DNA of 64,000 nt from Pseudomonadota bacterium (GTDB lineage: Bacteria; Pseudomonadota; Gammaproteobacteria; Burkholderiales; Burkholderiaceae_C). Made by a program: the position numbers and the translations under genes. Below the pieces are notes generated by a model, which was not told the origin of the DNA, made no database searches, and saw only the letters and a list, made by a program, of their open reading frames with translations. The stretch lies in the NCBI GenBank assembly GCA_021841865.1, contig JAKCDM010000002.1, positions 2,071-66,070 on the forward strand, in the 5' to 3' direction. Shown piece after piece: positions 20,158-29,784 of this stretch (the stretch's first letter is position 1; every line of letters starts with the position of its first letter).

Positions 20158-22035
20158 TCAACAGCCCGGCAGCAGCATGCCTGGCGCCGCGCCGGCATAC
20201 AAGGCATCCACCAGTTGCGCGCGATGCTGCAGCACCGCGCGCTGGTTGATCGAGCCCTTGTCGGTGATCTCGCCGCGGTCCAGCGACGGCGGATCGACCA
20301 GCACCAGCGCACGCGCAACGCGCGTGGCGCTGCCGGTGCCCTGTTTCCACAGCGTGTCGACCAACTCCTGGAAAAATCCCCGCACCGCCGGGTGCTCCAG
20401 GACCTGCGCCGCCGGCGTGCCGGCCGGCAGCCCGGCCAGCGCGCGGCATTCCTCCACGCGCGGAACGATCAGCGCGCCCAGGTCGTCGCGGTCGGGAGCC
20501 GTGAGCACCGCGTCGTGCACGCACGGAGCGCCGAGTTGCACGATGCGAGCGCGCAGCGGGCCGCAACTGACGAAGGTGCCGCTGGACAGCTTGAAGTCCT
20601 CGGCGATGCGCCCGTCGAAGCGCAGGCCGCGCTGCGGATCCTGCGGGTCGATGAATCGCGCGGCGTCTCCGGTGCAGTAAAAGCCCTGCTCGTCGAAAGC
20701 CGCCGCGGTCTGCTCGGGGGCGCGCCAGTAGCCCGGCATCACGTTGGGGCCGCGAAAGCGCACTTCGAGCTTGCCGTCCACCGGCACCAGCTTGAGTTCG
20801 ACCCCGGGCACCGGCAGGCCGATGTGCCCGGACTCGACATCCGGGCCGAGCGCGAACATCGACGACGGCGCGGTCTCGGTCATGCCCAGGCCGCTGAGCA
20901 TGCAGATGCGCTCGCCGACCTCGCGCTCGCCGAGTCGGTCGAGCTCGTCCCACACCGGCTGCGCCAGCCCGGCCCCGGCGAAGAAGAAGGCCTGCACGCG
21001 CGAGAACAGGTTGCGCCTGAGCACCGCGTCGTCGCGCATCGCGCTGGCGATTTCCTCGAAGCCCTTGGGAACGTTGAAATACACCGTGGGCGCGATCTCC
21101 CGCAGGTTGCGCAGGGTCTCGCCGATGCCCTGCGGCGTGGGCTTGCCGTCGTCGATGTACAGCGTGCCGCCGTTGTACAGCGCGATTCCCACGTTGTGGT
21201 TTCCGCCGAAGGTGTGGTTCCACGGCAGCCAGTCGACCAGCACCGGCGGCTGCTCGCCGAGAAAGGGCATCGCCTGCAGGATCATCTGCTGGTTGGAGCA
21301 CAGCATGCGCTGGGTATTGACCACGCCCTTCGGGTTGCGCGTCGAGCCCGACGTGAACAGGAACTTGGCGATGGTGTCGGGGCCGACCCGCGCGTGGGTG
21401 TAGTCCAGCGACAGCGGCGGCGAGTCCAGCAGCGATTCGAAGGCCGTGCTGGCGCGCGACTGCAGGCTGCCACGCGCCAGCACGACCTCGACCTCGTCGC
21501 CGAACACCGCGCGCAGCGCCGGCTCGTACGCGGAGTCGCTGGCGAACACCAGCCCGGGGGTCAGGGTCTGCGCGATATGGCGCAGCTTGGCGTAGTCGCG
21601 CGACACCAGCGCATAGGCCGGAGAAACCGGCGCGTGGGGGATGCCGGCGAGCATCGCTCCCAGCGCGAGCTGCAACTGCTCCAGGCTGTTCTCGCCAAGA
21701 ACCAGCACCGGGTGCTCGGCGTCGAGCCCGCGCCCGAGCAGCGCCTGCGCGATGCGCCGGGCGCGCTCGAGCATCTGCGCGTAACTGATGCGGATCCATT
21801 CGCCGTCGGCGCCGCGGCGCGCCGCGAACACGCGCTCGGGCGCGCGGGCCGCCCAGTGCTCGAGGCGGTCGGTCAGGCGCAGCGGATAGTCGCCCAGCGC
21901 GTCGGGCGAACGCAGCAACAGCACACCACCGTCGCGCTGTTCGACCTGGGTGCGCAGGCAGCCGCCGACGCTGCAGGCACGCGCCGGCGGACGCGCACGC
22001 GCGGGGCTGGGCTTGCTGGACAGCGATGCGTTCAC
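20158..22035 (-). CDS. fcs: Feruloyl/hydroxycinnamoyl-CoA synthetase
   Basis: AKFLFTSGSTRNPKGV, DWLPWNHTFGGNHN, GLGMTETAP, DGRIAEDFKLSSGTFV and GEITDKGSINQRAVL motifs; GTG start overlaps the upstream stop (GTGA). Confidence 0.92.
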   Translation of the reverse strand: MNASLSSKPSPARARPPARACSVGGCLRTQVEQRDGGVLLLRSPDALGDYPLRLTDRLEHWAARAPERVFAARRGADGEWIRISYAQMLERARRIAQALLGRGLDAEHPVLVLGENSLEQLQLALGAMLAGIPHAPVSPAYALVSRDYAKLRHIAQTLTPGLVFASDSAYEPALRAVFGDEVEVVLARGSLQSRASTAFESLLDSPPLSLDYTHARVGPDTIAKFLFTSGSTRNPKGVVNTQRMLCSNQQMILQAMPFLGEQPPVLVDWLPWNHTFGGNHNVGIALYNGGTLYIDDGKPTPQGIGETLRNLREIAPTVYFNVPKGFEEIASAMRDDAVLRRNLFSRVQAFFFAGAGLAQPVWDELDRLGEREVGERICMLSGLGMTETAPSSMFALGPDVESGHIGLPVPGVELKLVPVDGKLEVRFRGPNVMPGYWRAPEQTAAAFDEQGFYCTGDAARFIDPQDPQRGLRFDGRIAEDFKLSSGTFVSCGPLRARIVQLGAPCVHDAVLTAPDRDDLGALIVPRVEECRALAGLPAGTPAAQVLEHPAVRGFFQELVDTLWKQGTGSATRVARALVLVDPPSLDRGEITDKGSINQRAVLQHRAQLVDALYAGAAPGMLLPGC

Positions 22036-22823
22036 GATGCGTTCTCCTTGCGCACCTTGGCGGCGCGGCCGGCCAGGAAATCCTGCAGGCGCTGCTTGGC
22101 GGCGTCGTCGCCCTGGGCGATGGCCGCCATCAGCGACTCGACGAACAGGCCCTCGGCCTGCGGCATGCGGGCGATTCGCGGCAGCGCGTGCTGCACGGCG
22201 AAATTCGACAGCGGCGCATTGGCGGCGATGCGCCGCGCCAGCGCCAGGCCCTTGTCGAGCCCCTCGCCGGTCGCCACGCGGTACTGCACCAGCCCGGCGG
22301 CCAGCGCCTCGTCGGCGTCGAGCACGCGTCCGGTGAGCATCATGTCGGTCATGCGCGCATGGCCGATGAGCTGCGGCACGCGCGACGAGCCGCCGCCGCC
22401 GACGAACAGCCCGCGCTGCCCCTCGGGCAGCCCGAAGATGGCATTCGCCTCGGCCACCCGGATATGCGCCGACGCGGCCAGCTCCAGGCCGCCGCCGACC
22501 ACCGCGCCGTGCAGCACCGCGACCACCGGCGCGGGACCGAACTGCACCTGCTCGAACGCGGCGTGCCACGAACGCGAGTGCAGGATGCCTTCGGCCACGC
22601 TGCGTTCGGTGAGCTCCGACAGGTCCAGTCCCGCGCAGAAATGCTCGCCGCGCCCGGACAGCACCACCGCGCGCACGTCGGGGGACAATCCGGCGAAGGC
22701 CTGGTGGATGGCAGCCACCAGCTCGTCGCTGATGGCGTTGCGCTTGGCGGGGCGGTCGAGCTCGACATGGGCGATCCCGGGCTCGGGATGGCTCACTCGC
22801 AGCAGTGCGTCAGTCGTCGGCAT
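22032..22823 (-). CDS. Enoyl-CoA hydratase/crotonase (CouM-like rather than the HCHL lyase)
   Basis: RPAKRNAI, HFCAGLDL, GAVVGGGLELA and LPEGQRGLFVGGGGS motifs; coupled to fcs. Confidence 0.88.
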   Translation of the reverse strand: MPTTDALLRVSHPEPGIAHVELDRPAKRNAISDELVAAIHQAFAGLSPDVRAVVLSGRGEHFCAGLDLSELTERSVAEGILHSRSWHAAFEQVQFGPAPVVAVLHGAVVGGGLELAASAHIRVAEANAIFGLPEGQRGLFVGGGGSSRVPQLIGHARMTDMMLTGRVLDADEALAAGLVQYRVATGEGLDKGLALARRIAANAPLSNFAVQHALPRIARMPQAEGLFVESLMAAIAQGDDAAKQRLQDFLAGRAAKVRKENAS

Positions 22824-22992
22824 GGACAGGGCCTTGAAATGCGAAACACTTCATCTTAGTAACTACTTTGAGCCCCGATTCCCGGGGAAAACCCTAGCTT
22901 TTTGCCTCTTCGCAAAGCGACAGGCCAGGGCTCGCCTATCATTTGCACTTCTGAACAGTTTTCCTGATGAACACGCCCATGCGGAGGGCCTC

Positions 22993-23877
22993 ATGAACAC
23001 CGACGACCTGATCGCCATCGACATCCACACCCACGCCGAGGTGTCGTGCTGGAATCCCTTCGACAACTACGGCGAAGAGTACGACCGGGCCGCCGACAAG
23101 TACTTCCGCTCGTCGCGCCGACCGACCATCGCCGAGACCGTCGCCTACTACCGCGAGCAGCGCATCGGGCTGGTGATGTTCACGGTCGACGCCGAGACCC
23201 AGCTGGGGCGCAGGCGGATTCCCAACGAGGAGATCGCCGCCGCGGCGAAGGAAAACCCGGACATCCTGATCGCCTTCGCGAGCATCGACCCGCACAAGGG
23301 CCGCATGGGCGCGCGCGAGGCGCGGCGCCTGGTCGAGGAGCATGGGGTCAGGGGCTTCAAGTTCCACCCGACGGTGCAGGGCTTCCACCCCTACGACCGC
23401 ATGGCCTGGCCCATCTACGAGGTGATCGCCGAGTACAAGCTGCCGGCCATTTTCCACAGCGGGCATTCGGGCATCGGCAGCGGCATGCGCTGCGGCGGCG
23501 GGCTGCGACTGGAGTACTCCAATCCGATGCACCTGGACGACGTGGCCATCGACTTCCCCGACATGCAGATCGTCATCGCCCACCCGTCGTGGCCGTGGCA
23601 GGACGAGGCGCTGTCGGTGGCCATGCACAAGCCCAACGTGTGGCTCGATCTGTCGGGCTGGAGCCCGCGCTACTTCCCGCCGCAGCTGGTGCAGTACGCC
23701 AACACCCTGCTGAAGGACCGCGTGCTGTTCGGCTCGGACTTCCCGCTGATCACTCCTGAGCGCTGGATGAAGGACTTCGAGCAGGCGGGCTTCCGCCCCG
23801 AGGTGCGCGAACCGATCCTCAAGACCAACGCGATGCGCCTGCTCGGACTGGGCGGCGCGCCGGGCGACGCGGCCTGA
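22993..23877 (+). CDS. Amidohydrolase_2; probable 4-hydroxyphenyl-beta-ketoacyl-CoA hydrolase (CouO-like)
   Basis: IAIDIHTHAE, GFKFHPTVQGF, FHSGHSGIG, AHPSWPWQDEALS and DLSGWSPRYF motifs; GGAGG RBS; divergent from crotonase-fcs. Confidence 0.85.
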   Translation: MNTDDLIAIDIHTHAEVSCWNPFDNYGEEYDRAADKYFRSSRRPTIAETVAYYREQRIGLVMFTVDAETQLGRRRIPNEEIAAAAKENPDILIAFASIDPHKGRMGAREARRLVEEHGVRGFKFHPTVQGFHPYDRMAWPIYEVIAEYKLPAIFHSGHSGIGSGMRCGGGLRLEYSNPMHLDDVAIDFPDMQIVIAHPSWPWQDEALSVAMHKPNVWLDLSGWSPRYFPPQLVQYANTLLKDRVLFGSDFPLITPERWMKDFEQAGFRPEVREPILKTNAMRLLGLGGAPGDAA

Positions 23878-23900
23878 GCCGGGCGGGCCCTGGCAGCCGG

Positions 23901-24881
23901 TCAGAGGTCCAGCACCAGGCGCGCGCCGGCGGCGGCGCGCGAGCAGCACGGCAGCATCTGGTCGCCGGCCGCGCGCTCGTCGTCGGTCAGATAGCTGTCG
24001 CGGTGCAGCGGCGTGCCGGCCAGCACGCGGGTCAGGCAGGTTCCGCAAATGCCCTGCTCGCACGAGGTCGGCACGTCGACGCCGGCGGCGCCCAGCGCCT
24101 GCACGATGGTCTGCCCGGGCGGCACGCGCACCACGCGCGAGCTCGACGCCAGTTCGACGTCGAACTCCGCGTCGCCACCGTCGGCCGCCGGCGCGGGGTC
24201 GGCGGCGAAGTATTCGCGGTGCAGGCGGGCCTCGTCCCAGCCGGCGTCGCGCGCGCCTTGCAGCACCCAGTCGATGAACCCGCGCGGCCCGCAGACATAC
24301 AGATGCGTGGCGGGCGGCGCATCGGCCAGCGTGCGCGCCAGGTCCAGGCGTTGCGCCGGCTCGGCATCGTCGTGGTGCAGGCGCACCCGCGCCGCCCAGG
24401 CGCTGTCGCGCAGGCGCTCGGCAAAGGCCGTGCGCGCGGCCGAGCGCGTGCAGTAGTGCAACTCGAAGCCGCGCCCGTCCAGCTGCAGCTGCTCGGCCAT
24501 GCTCAGCAGCGGGGTGACTCCGATGCCGCCGGCCAGCAGCAGGCTGTGCGGCGCGTCGGGGTCCAGCGCGAAATGGTTTCGCGGCAGGCTGGCGCCCAGC
24601 AGGTCGCCCACGCGCAGGCGCCGGTGTACCGCGGCCGAGCCGCCACGCGACGCCGGCTCGAGCAGCACCCCCAGCAGGTAGCGCGACGAGTCGGCCGGGC
24701 TTCCGGCCAGCGAATACTGGCGCACCAGGCCGTCGCCAAGGTGCAGGTCGATGTGCGCGCCGGCGCTGAAGGCCGGCAGCGGGGCGCCGTCGATGCTGTG
24801 CAGCTCGAGCGCGCAGATGTCCTCGGCGGCGGGCAGCTTGGCGGCCACGCGAAGCTGGATGTCGGGTCGGGCAAGACTCAT
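23901..24881 (-). CDS. vanB: Vanillate O-demethylase reductase (PDR family)
   Basis: RQYSL, SRGGS, AGGIGVTP, YVCGP and SCEQGICGTC...CCS [2Fe-2S] motifs. Confidence 0.92.
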   Translation of the reverse strand: MSLARPDIQLRVAAKLPAAEDICALELHSIDGAPLPAFSAGAHIDLHLGDGLVRQYSLAGSPADSSRYLLGVLLEPASRGGSAAVHRRLRVGDLLGASLPRNHFALDPDAPHSLLLAGGIGVTPLLSMAEQLQLDGRGFELHYCTRSAARTAFAERLRDSAWAARVRLHHDDAEPAQRLDLARTLADAPPATHLYVCGPRGFIDWVLQGARDAGWDEARLHREYFAADPAPAADGGDAEFDVELASSSRVVRVPPGQTIVQALGAAGVDVPTSCEQGICGTCLTRVLAGTPLHRDSYLTDDERAAGDQMLPCCSRAAAGARLVLDL

Positions 24882-24908
24882 GGCGGGCAATCGTGGGAAC
24901 CAGGGGGA

Positions 24909-25649
24909 TCAGGCTGGCGGCTGCGCGGGCCCGAGGCCCAGCAGGTGGCCGTAACGCACGCCGACGTAGGCGTGCTCGCGCATCAGCATCTCGGCACGCG
25001 CGGCCTCGCCGGCCTGCAGCGCGTCGAGCACCAGCGCATGCTGCAATTGCGCCACGCGCAGCTTCTCGTACTCCTGCGCCAGGCGCGTGGTGTCGATGAT
25101 GATCGAGTCGGACGACGCGAACGGCAGGTGGTTGTTGCGCGCGATCGCGTCGGCGATCGCGCGGCTGCCGCAGGCGTCGATGATGGCGTGGTGAAACCGC
25201 GCGTTGATCTCGCTCCAGCCCGCGATGGTGGCGGCGCTCAGCTCACCGGGCTGCAGCAGCTCGGCGCCGCGGCGCACGCAGTCGTGCAGCGCCTCGCGCA
25301 CGTCGCGCGCCAGGCCGTGCTCGGCCAGGCGACGTGCCGCGAGGCCCTCGAGCACGCCGCGCACCTCGAGGCCGCACAGCACGTCCTGCTCGGAAAAGCG
25401 CCGCACCAGGTAGCCCCGGGCACCCGCCTTTTCCAGCAGACCCTCCTGCTCCAGGGTGCGGAACGCCAGGCGCACCGGGGTGCGCGACACGCCGAGCTGC
25501 TCGGCTACCGGGATCTCGGCCATGCGCTCGCCCGGTGCGTAGCGCCCCTCGGAGATCAGCTTGCGCAGCGTGGTCAGGACCTGGATCGAATCGGCACTCA
25601 CGGCGGGGGCTCGGCGGCCGCGGGCAGCGGCATGTTCGGGTGGCTCCAT
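24909..25649 (-). CDS. vanR: GntR/FCD regulator VanR
   Basis: LGVSRTPVR.AF..LEQEGL HTH, EVRGVLEGLAAR, N.RFH and LMREH motifs; VanR-type operators upstream. Confidence 0.85.
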   Translation of the reverse strand: MEPPEHAAARGRRAPAVSADSIQVLTTLRKLISEGRYAPGERMAEIPVAEQLGVSRTPVRLAFRTLEQEGLLEKAGARGYLVRRFSEQDVLCGLEVRGVLEGLAARRLAEHGLARDVREALHDCVRRGAELLQPGELSAATIAGWSEINARFHHAIIDACGSRAIADAIARNNHLPFASSDSIIIDTTRLAQEYEKLRVAQLQHALVLDALQAGEAARAEMLMREHAYVGVRYGHLLGLGPAQPPA

Positions 25650-25657
25650 TGGACATC

Positions 25658-25732
25658 ATTGGATCCATTGGAAGCCATACGGGTCATTCCCTTTGACGAA
25701 TGTGGCGGATTATGGTCGACTTTGGATCCAAT
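25658..25732. promoter_or_regulatory. Two VanR operators
   Basis: ATTGGATCCATT (25658-25669) and TTTGGATCCAAT (25721-25732), each one mismatch from the Caulobacter VanR operator ATTGGATCCAAT. Confidence 0.85.
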
Positions 25733-25784
25733 GACACCACCGTCCGGCCGAAAGGCGCCGGAGTTCCCGAGGAGAAGACGCACC

Positions 25785-26837
25785 ATGTTCATTCAGGATG
25801 CCTGGTACGTGGCCTGCACGCCCGACGAGATCGACGGCAAGCCGCTGGGGCGCACCGTGTGCGGCCATGCGCTGGCCTTTTTCCGTGACGCGCAGGGGCG
25901 CGCCGCGGCGGTGGAGGACTTCTGCCCGCATCGCGGTGCGCCGCTGTCGCTGGGCTTCGTGCGCGACGGGCGCCTGGTGTGCGGCTACCACGGGCTGGAG
26001 ATGGGCGCCGACGGCAAGGTGTGCGCGATGCCCTGCCAGCGCGTGCAGGGATTCCCGCGCATCCGCAGCTTCCCGGTCGTCGAGCGCTATGGCTTCATCT
26101 GGGTGTGGCCCGGACGCGCCGAACACGCCGACCCATCGACGATTCCCGATTTCGCCTGGCTGGACAGCCCGGGCTGGGCCTATGGCGGCGGGCTGTACCA
26201 CATCGACTGCGACTACCGCCTGATGATCGACAACCTGATGGACCTGACCCACGAGACCTACGTGCACGCCAGCAGCATCGGCCAGCGCGAGATCGAGGAG
26301 TCGGTGCCGGCCACGCGCGTGGAGGGCGACATGGTGATTACCAGTCGCCACATGCAGGGCATCCAGGCCCCGCCGTTCTGGGCCGCGGCGCTGCGCGCCA
26401 ACGACCTGGCCGACGACGTGCCCTGCGACCGCTGGCAGATCTGCCGCTTCACGCCGCCCAGCCACGTCATGATCGAGGTCGGCGTGGCGCACGCCGGCCA
26501 CGGCGGATACGACGCGGACCCGCGCCACAAGGCCTCGAGCATCGTGGTGGATTTCATCACCCCGGAGACCGAGACCACGCACTGGTACTTCTGGGGCATG
26601 GCGCGCAATTTCAAGCCGGGCGACGCCGAGCTGACCGCGAGCATCCGCGAGGGCCAGCGCCGGATCTTCGGCGAGGACCGCGAAATGCTGGAACGCCAGC
26701 AGCGCAACATCAGCGCGCAGCCTCAGCGCAAGCTGCTGGGGCTGAACATCGATGCCGGCGGCGTGCAGTCGCGCAAGATCATCGACCGCCTGCTCGCCGC
26801 CGAGCGCCAGGAGCCGGAAAATCTGCGCAGCGCCTGA
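25785..26837 (+). CDS. vanA: Vanillate O-demethylase Rieske oxygenase
   Basis: AWYVA, DFCPHRGAPLS..CGYHG Rieske motif, DNLMDLTHETYVH and NIDAGG; GAGGAG RBS. Confidence 0.95.
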   Translation: MFIQDAWYVACTPDEIDGKPLGRTVCGHALAFFRDAQGRAAAVEDFCPHRGAPLSLGFVRDGRLVCGYHGLEMGADGKVCAMPCQRVQGFPRIRSFPVVERYGFIWVWPGRAEHADPSTIPDFAWLDSPGWAYGGGLYHIDCDYRLMIDNLMDLTHETYVHASSIGQREIEESVPATRVEGDMVITSRHMQGIQAPPFWAAALRANDLADDVPCDRWQICRFTPPSHVMIEVGVAHAGHGGYDADPRHKASSIVVDFITPETETTHWYFWGMARNFKPGDAELTASIREGQRRIFGEDREMLERQQRNISAQPQRKLLGLNIDAGGVQSRKIIDRLLAAERQEPENLRSA

Positions 26838-26874
26838 TTCGCAGTAGTATCAGGCTGCCCCGCGCAGCCTGCCC

Positions 26875-27384
26875 ATGACGACCGATACCGACGCCGACGC
26901 CCCCGCCGCCGCCCTGCCCCCCACCCGCCGCGGCGGCGCGGCAGGCAGCGGGCTCGACCAGTCGGTGCTGTCGCACGTGCTGGGCTACCAGCTGGCGCGG
27001 GCGTCCATCCACACCCGCGCGGCTTTTCACCACGCCATCGGCGAGCCGCTGCAGCTGCGCCCGGTGGAGTTCACGATCCTGCAGCTGCTGCGCCACAACC
27101 TGCGCGCCACGCAAAAGCAGTTGGTGCGCGCGCTGGCCATCACGGCGCCGGGCATGACCGTGCTGCTCGACCGACTCGAGGCACGCGGGCTGCTGCGGCG
27201 CGAGCGCAATGCGCAGGACAAGCGCTCGGTGTTCGTGCTGCTGACCGAGGCTGGTGAAGACCTGGCGGCGACCTCGCTGCAGGCTTCGCTGAACATGGAA
27301 ACCGAGCTGCTGCGCGCGTTGTCGCCGGCCGAACGCATGATGCTGTTCGAGCTGCTCGACCGCGTGGCGCGCGCTCCCCGCTGA
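26875..27384 (+). CDS. MarR-family regulator (FerR/CouR-like by context)
   Basis: LGYQLARA, LRPVEFTIL, LDRLEARGL..R....DKRS...LTEAG motifs. Confidence 0.88.
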   Translation: MTTDTDADAPAAALPPTRRGGAAGSGLDQSVLSHVLGYQLARASIHTRAAFHHAIGEPLQLRPVEFTILQLLRHNLRATQKQLVRALAITAPGMTVLLDRLEARGLLRRERNAQDKRSVFVLLTEAGEDLAATSLQASLNMETELLRALSPAERMMLFELLDRVARAPR

Positions 27385-27385
27385 C

Positions 27386-27412
27386 GCGCGGGGGCCGTCG
27401 CGGCCCCCGCGC
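27386..27412. terminator. GC-rich hairpin between convergent MarR and SDR genes
   Basis: GCGCGGGGGCCG-TCG-CGGCCCCCGCGC, perfect 12-bp stem. Confidence 0.55.
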
Positions 27413-27418
27413 CGGGGC

Positions 27419-28213
27419 TCACTCGTAGCCGTGCATGTGGGTCAGCACGTGGGCGTACATGCCGCCGTCGCAGGCGATGTTGGTGCCGCGGATCCACGCG
27501 CTGCCCGCCGAGCACAGGAAGGCCACCAGCGGTGCGATGTCGTCGGGAGTGCCCGGGCGGTCCATCACCTTCATGTCCTCGGCCGCGCGTTCTCCGAGGG
27601 TCTGCAGGAAATCCCCCAGGATCGGGGTTTGCACCGGGCCCGGGCTGACGCAGTTCATGCGGATGCCGCGATCGCGCCAGGTCCAGCGCTGCATCATGGT
27701 CCACACGATCAGGGTTTCCTTGGACAGGAAATAGCTGCGCGCGTCGTCCACTCCATGCTCGGCGCAGTACGCGGCGACGGCATCGAAATCGCGCAGCTCG
27801 AGCAGCGCCTTGACGGCGGGCAGCGCCTGCGGCCAGCCGAGCCCGGCCAGCGAGGCCAGGTTGACGATCGACGCGCCGTCGCACAGCCGTGGAATCAGCG
27901 CCTCGGTGAACGCTCTCAGCCCGAGGAAGTTGACCTTCAGCACCGCCTCGGCGCCACGCGTGGGCGGCAGCCCGGCGATGTTGCACAGCGCGTGCACGCC
28001 GCCGCCCGCTGCGGCCACGGCCGCCGCCGCGGCGGCCACGCCGTCGGCATGCGACAGGTCGGCGATGATCTGGCGGTCCGCCTGCGGCGACGGGTTGCGG
28101 TCGACGCCGATGACCACCGCGCCGGCCGCGCGCAGTTCGCGCGCAGTGCGCTCGCCGATTCCGGAGGCCGCTCCGGTGACCACGACGGTCTTGCCTTCGA
28201 GTTGCAGGCTCAT
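27419..28213 (-). CDS. calA: SDR, coniferyl-alcohol dehydrogenase-like
   Basis: VVTGAASGIG, ALCNIAGLP, VNFLGLR, YFLSKE and SPGPVQTPIL motifs; follows vdh. Confidence 0.75.
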   Translation of the reverse strand: MSLQLEGKTVVVTGAASGIGERTARELRAAGAVVIGVDRNPSPQADRQIIADLSHADGVAAAAAAVAAAGGGVHALCNIAGLPPTRGAEAVLKVNFLGLRAFTEALIPRLCDGASIVNLASLAGLGWPQALPAVKALLELRDFDAVAAYCAEHGVDDARSYFLSKETLIVWTMMQRWTWRDRGIRMNCVSPGPVQTPILGDFLQTLGERAAEDMKVMDRPGTPDDIAPLVAFLCSAGSAWIRGTNIACDGGMYAHVLTHMHGYE

Positions 28214-28242
28214 GGCATGTCTCCTTTGGAAAGCCCTGGGGT

Positions 28243-29694
28243 TCAGAAGGGGTAGTGGCGCGGCGCGGTCTGCAGGGTCATCCAGCGCAGTTCGGTGAAT
28301 TCGTGGATTCCGGCACGCCCACCGAAGCGCCCGTAGCCACTGGCCTTCACGCCGCCGAAGGGCATCTGCGCCTCGTCGTGCACGGTGGGCCCGTTGACGT
28401 GGCAGATGCCGGACTCGATGCGCTGCGCCACCGCCAGCGCGCGACCGGCGTCGCGCCCGAACACCGCCGCCGACAGGCCGTACTCGCTGTCGTTGGCCAC
28501 CGCGATGGCCTGCTCGACACCCTGCACGCGCAGGATCGGCTTGACCGGCCCGAAGGACTCCTCGCGGAAAATGCGCATCGCCGGCGTGACGTGGTCGAGC
28601 AGCGTGGCCGGCATCAGCGTGTTGTCGGCCTTGCCGCCGCACAGCAGGCGCGCGCCCTGCGCCAGCGCGTCGTCGATCAGCGCGTTGCAGCGATGCACCG
28701 TGCTCATGTCGACCACCGAGCCCAGCACCACCGGGCCCTTGCGCGGGTCGCCCAGCGGCAGCGACGCGGCCTTCGCGGCCAGGCGCTGCACGAACTCGTC
28801 GGCCACCGCCTGGTCGACGATGATGCGCTCGGTGGACATGCAGATCTGGCCCGAATTGGCGAAGGCGCCGAAGGCCGCGGCATCCACGGCGGCGCCGATG
28901 TCGGCGTCGTCGAGCACCACCAGCGGCGCCTTGCCGCCGAGCTCCAGCACGGCCGGCTTGAGATGCCGCGCGCAGACCTCGGCGATGATGCGCCCGACGC
29001 GCGTGGAGCCGGTGAAGTTCACGCGGCGCACCGCCGGGTGCGCGATCATCGCCTCGACCACCGCTGCCGCGTCCTCCGGCGCGTTGGTGACGTAGTTGAC
29101 CACCCCCGGCGGCAGCCCCGCCTCCTGCAGCGCCTGCACGATCAGGCCGTGCGTCGCGGGGCACAGTTCCGAGCCCTTGAGCACCACGGTGTTGCCGCAG
29201 GCCAGCGGCACCGCCAGCGCGCGCACGCCGAGGATGATGGGCGCGTTCCATGGCGCCATGCCCAGCACCACGCCGGCAGGCTGGCGCACCGCCATGGCCA
29301 GGCTGCCGGGAACGTCGGACGGGATCACCTCGCCGGCGATCTGGGTGGTCAGCGCCGCTGCCTCCAGCAGCATGCCCTGCGCCAGGTGCACGTTGAAACC
29401 CGCCCACATGGCCGAGCCGCCGGTCTCCGCGGCCACCGCATCGGCGAAGGCCGCCCCCCTGGCGCCCAGCGCATCGGCCGCCTTGAGCAGCAGCGCACGC
29501 CGCTGCCCGGGCGGCGTCGCCGCCCATGCCGCGAACGCGAGCGACGCGGCGTCCACCGCGCGCAGCGCGTCCGCGACGCTGGCGGCCGGCGCGCGCGTCG
29601 CCACGCTGCCGTCCAGGGGATTGCGGCGCTCGAACATCCTGCCGCCTTCAGCCTGCACGGGCTTCGCATCGATCAGCATCGAAATCGTCGTCAT
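28243..29694 (-). CDS. vdh: Aromatic aldehyde (vanillin) dehydrogenase
   Basis: APWNAP, FTGSTRVG, LELGGKAP, GQICMSTER, EESFGP, TVHDEAQMPFGG and RHYPF C-terminus. Confidence 0.88.
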   Translation of the reverse strand: MTTISMLIDAKPVQAEGGRMFERRNPLDGSVATRAPAASVADALRAVDAASLAFAAWAATPPGQRRALLLKAADALGARGAAFADAVAAETGGSAMWAGFNVHLAQGMLLEAAALTTQIAGEVIPSDVPGSLAMAVRQPAGVVLGMAPWNAPIILGVRALAVPLACGNTVVLKGSELCPATHGLIVQALQEAGLPPGVVNYVTNAPEDAAAVVEAMIAHPAVRRVNFTGSTRVGRIIAEVCARHLKPAVLELGGKAPLVVLDDADIGAAVDAAAFGAFANSGQICMSTERIIVDQAVADEFVQRLAAKAASLPLGDPRKGPVVLGSVVDMSTVHRCNALIDDALAQGARLLCGGKADNTLMPATLLDHVTPAMRIFREESFGPVKPILRVQGVEQAIAVANDSEYGLSAAVFGRDAGRALAVAQRIESGICHVNGPTVHDEAQMPFGGVKASGYGRFGGRAGIHEFTELRWMTLQTAPRHYPF

Positions 29695-29784
29695 GCCTTG
29701 TCTCCTCCTTGGGTGGATATCGCCTGGTTGCCTTTGGTCACATTCGGGCCGGCCACCGGACCTTGGCGGCTGGATCGCCCGGCT

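Noticed and set aside
20215-23877. Apparent 1220-aa fusion ending in the amidohydrolase (similarly 24003-26837 for vanA, 11801-14443 for TolC, 33267-35615 for the SBP)
   Set aside because: Upstream parts are open shadow frames over other genes; true starts with RBS or stop-start overlap lie downstream.
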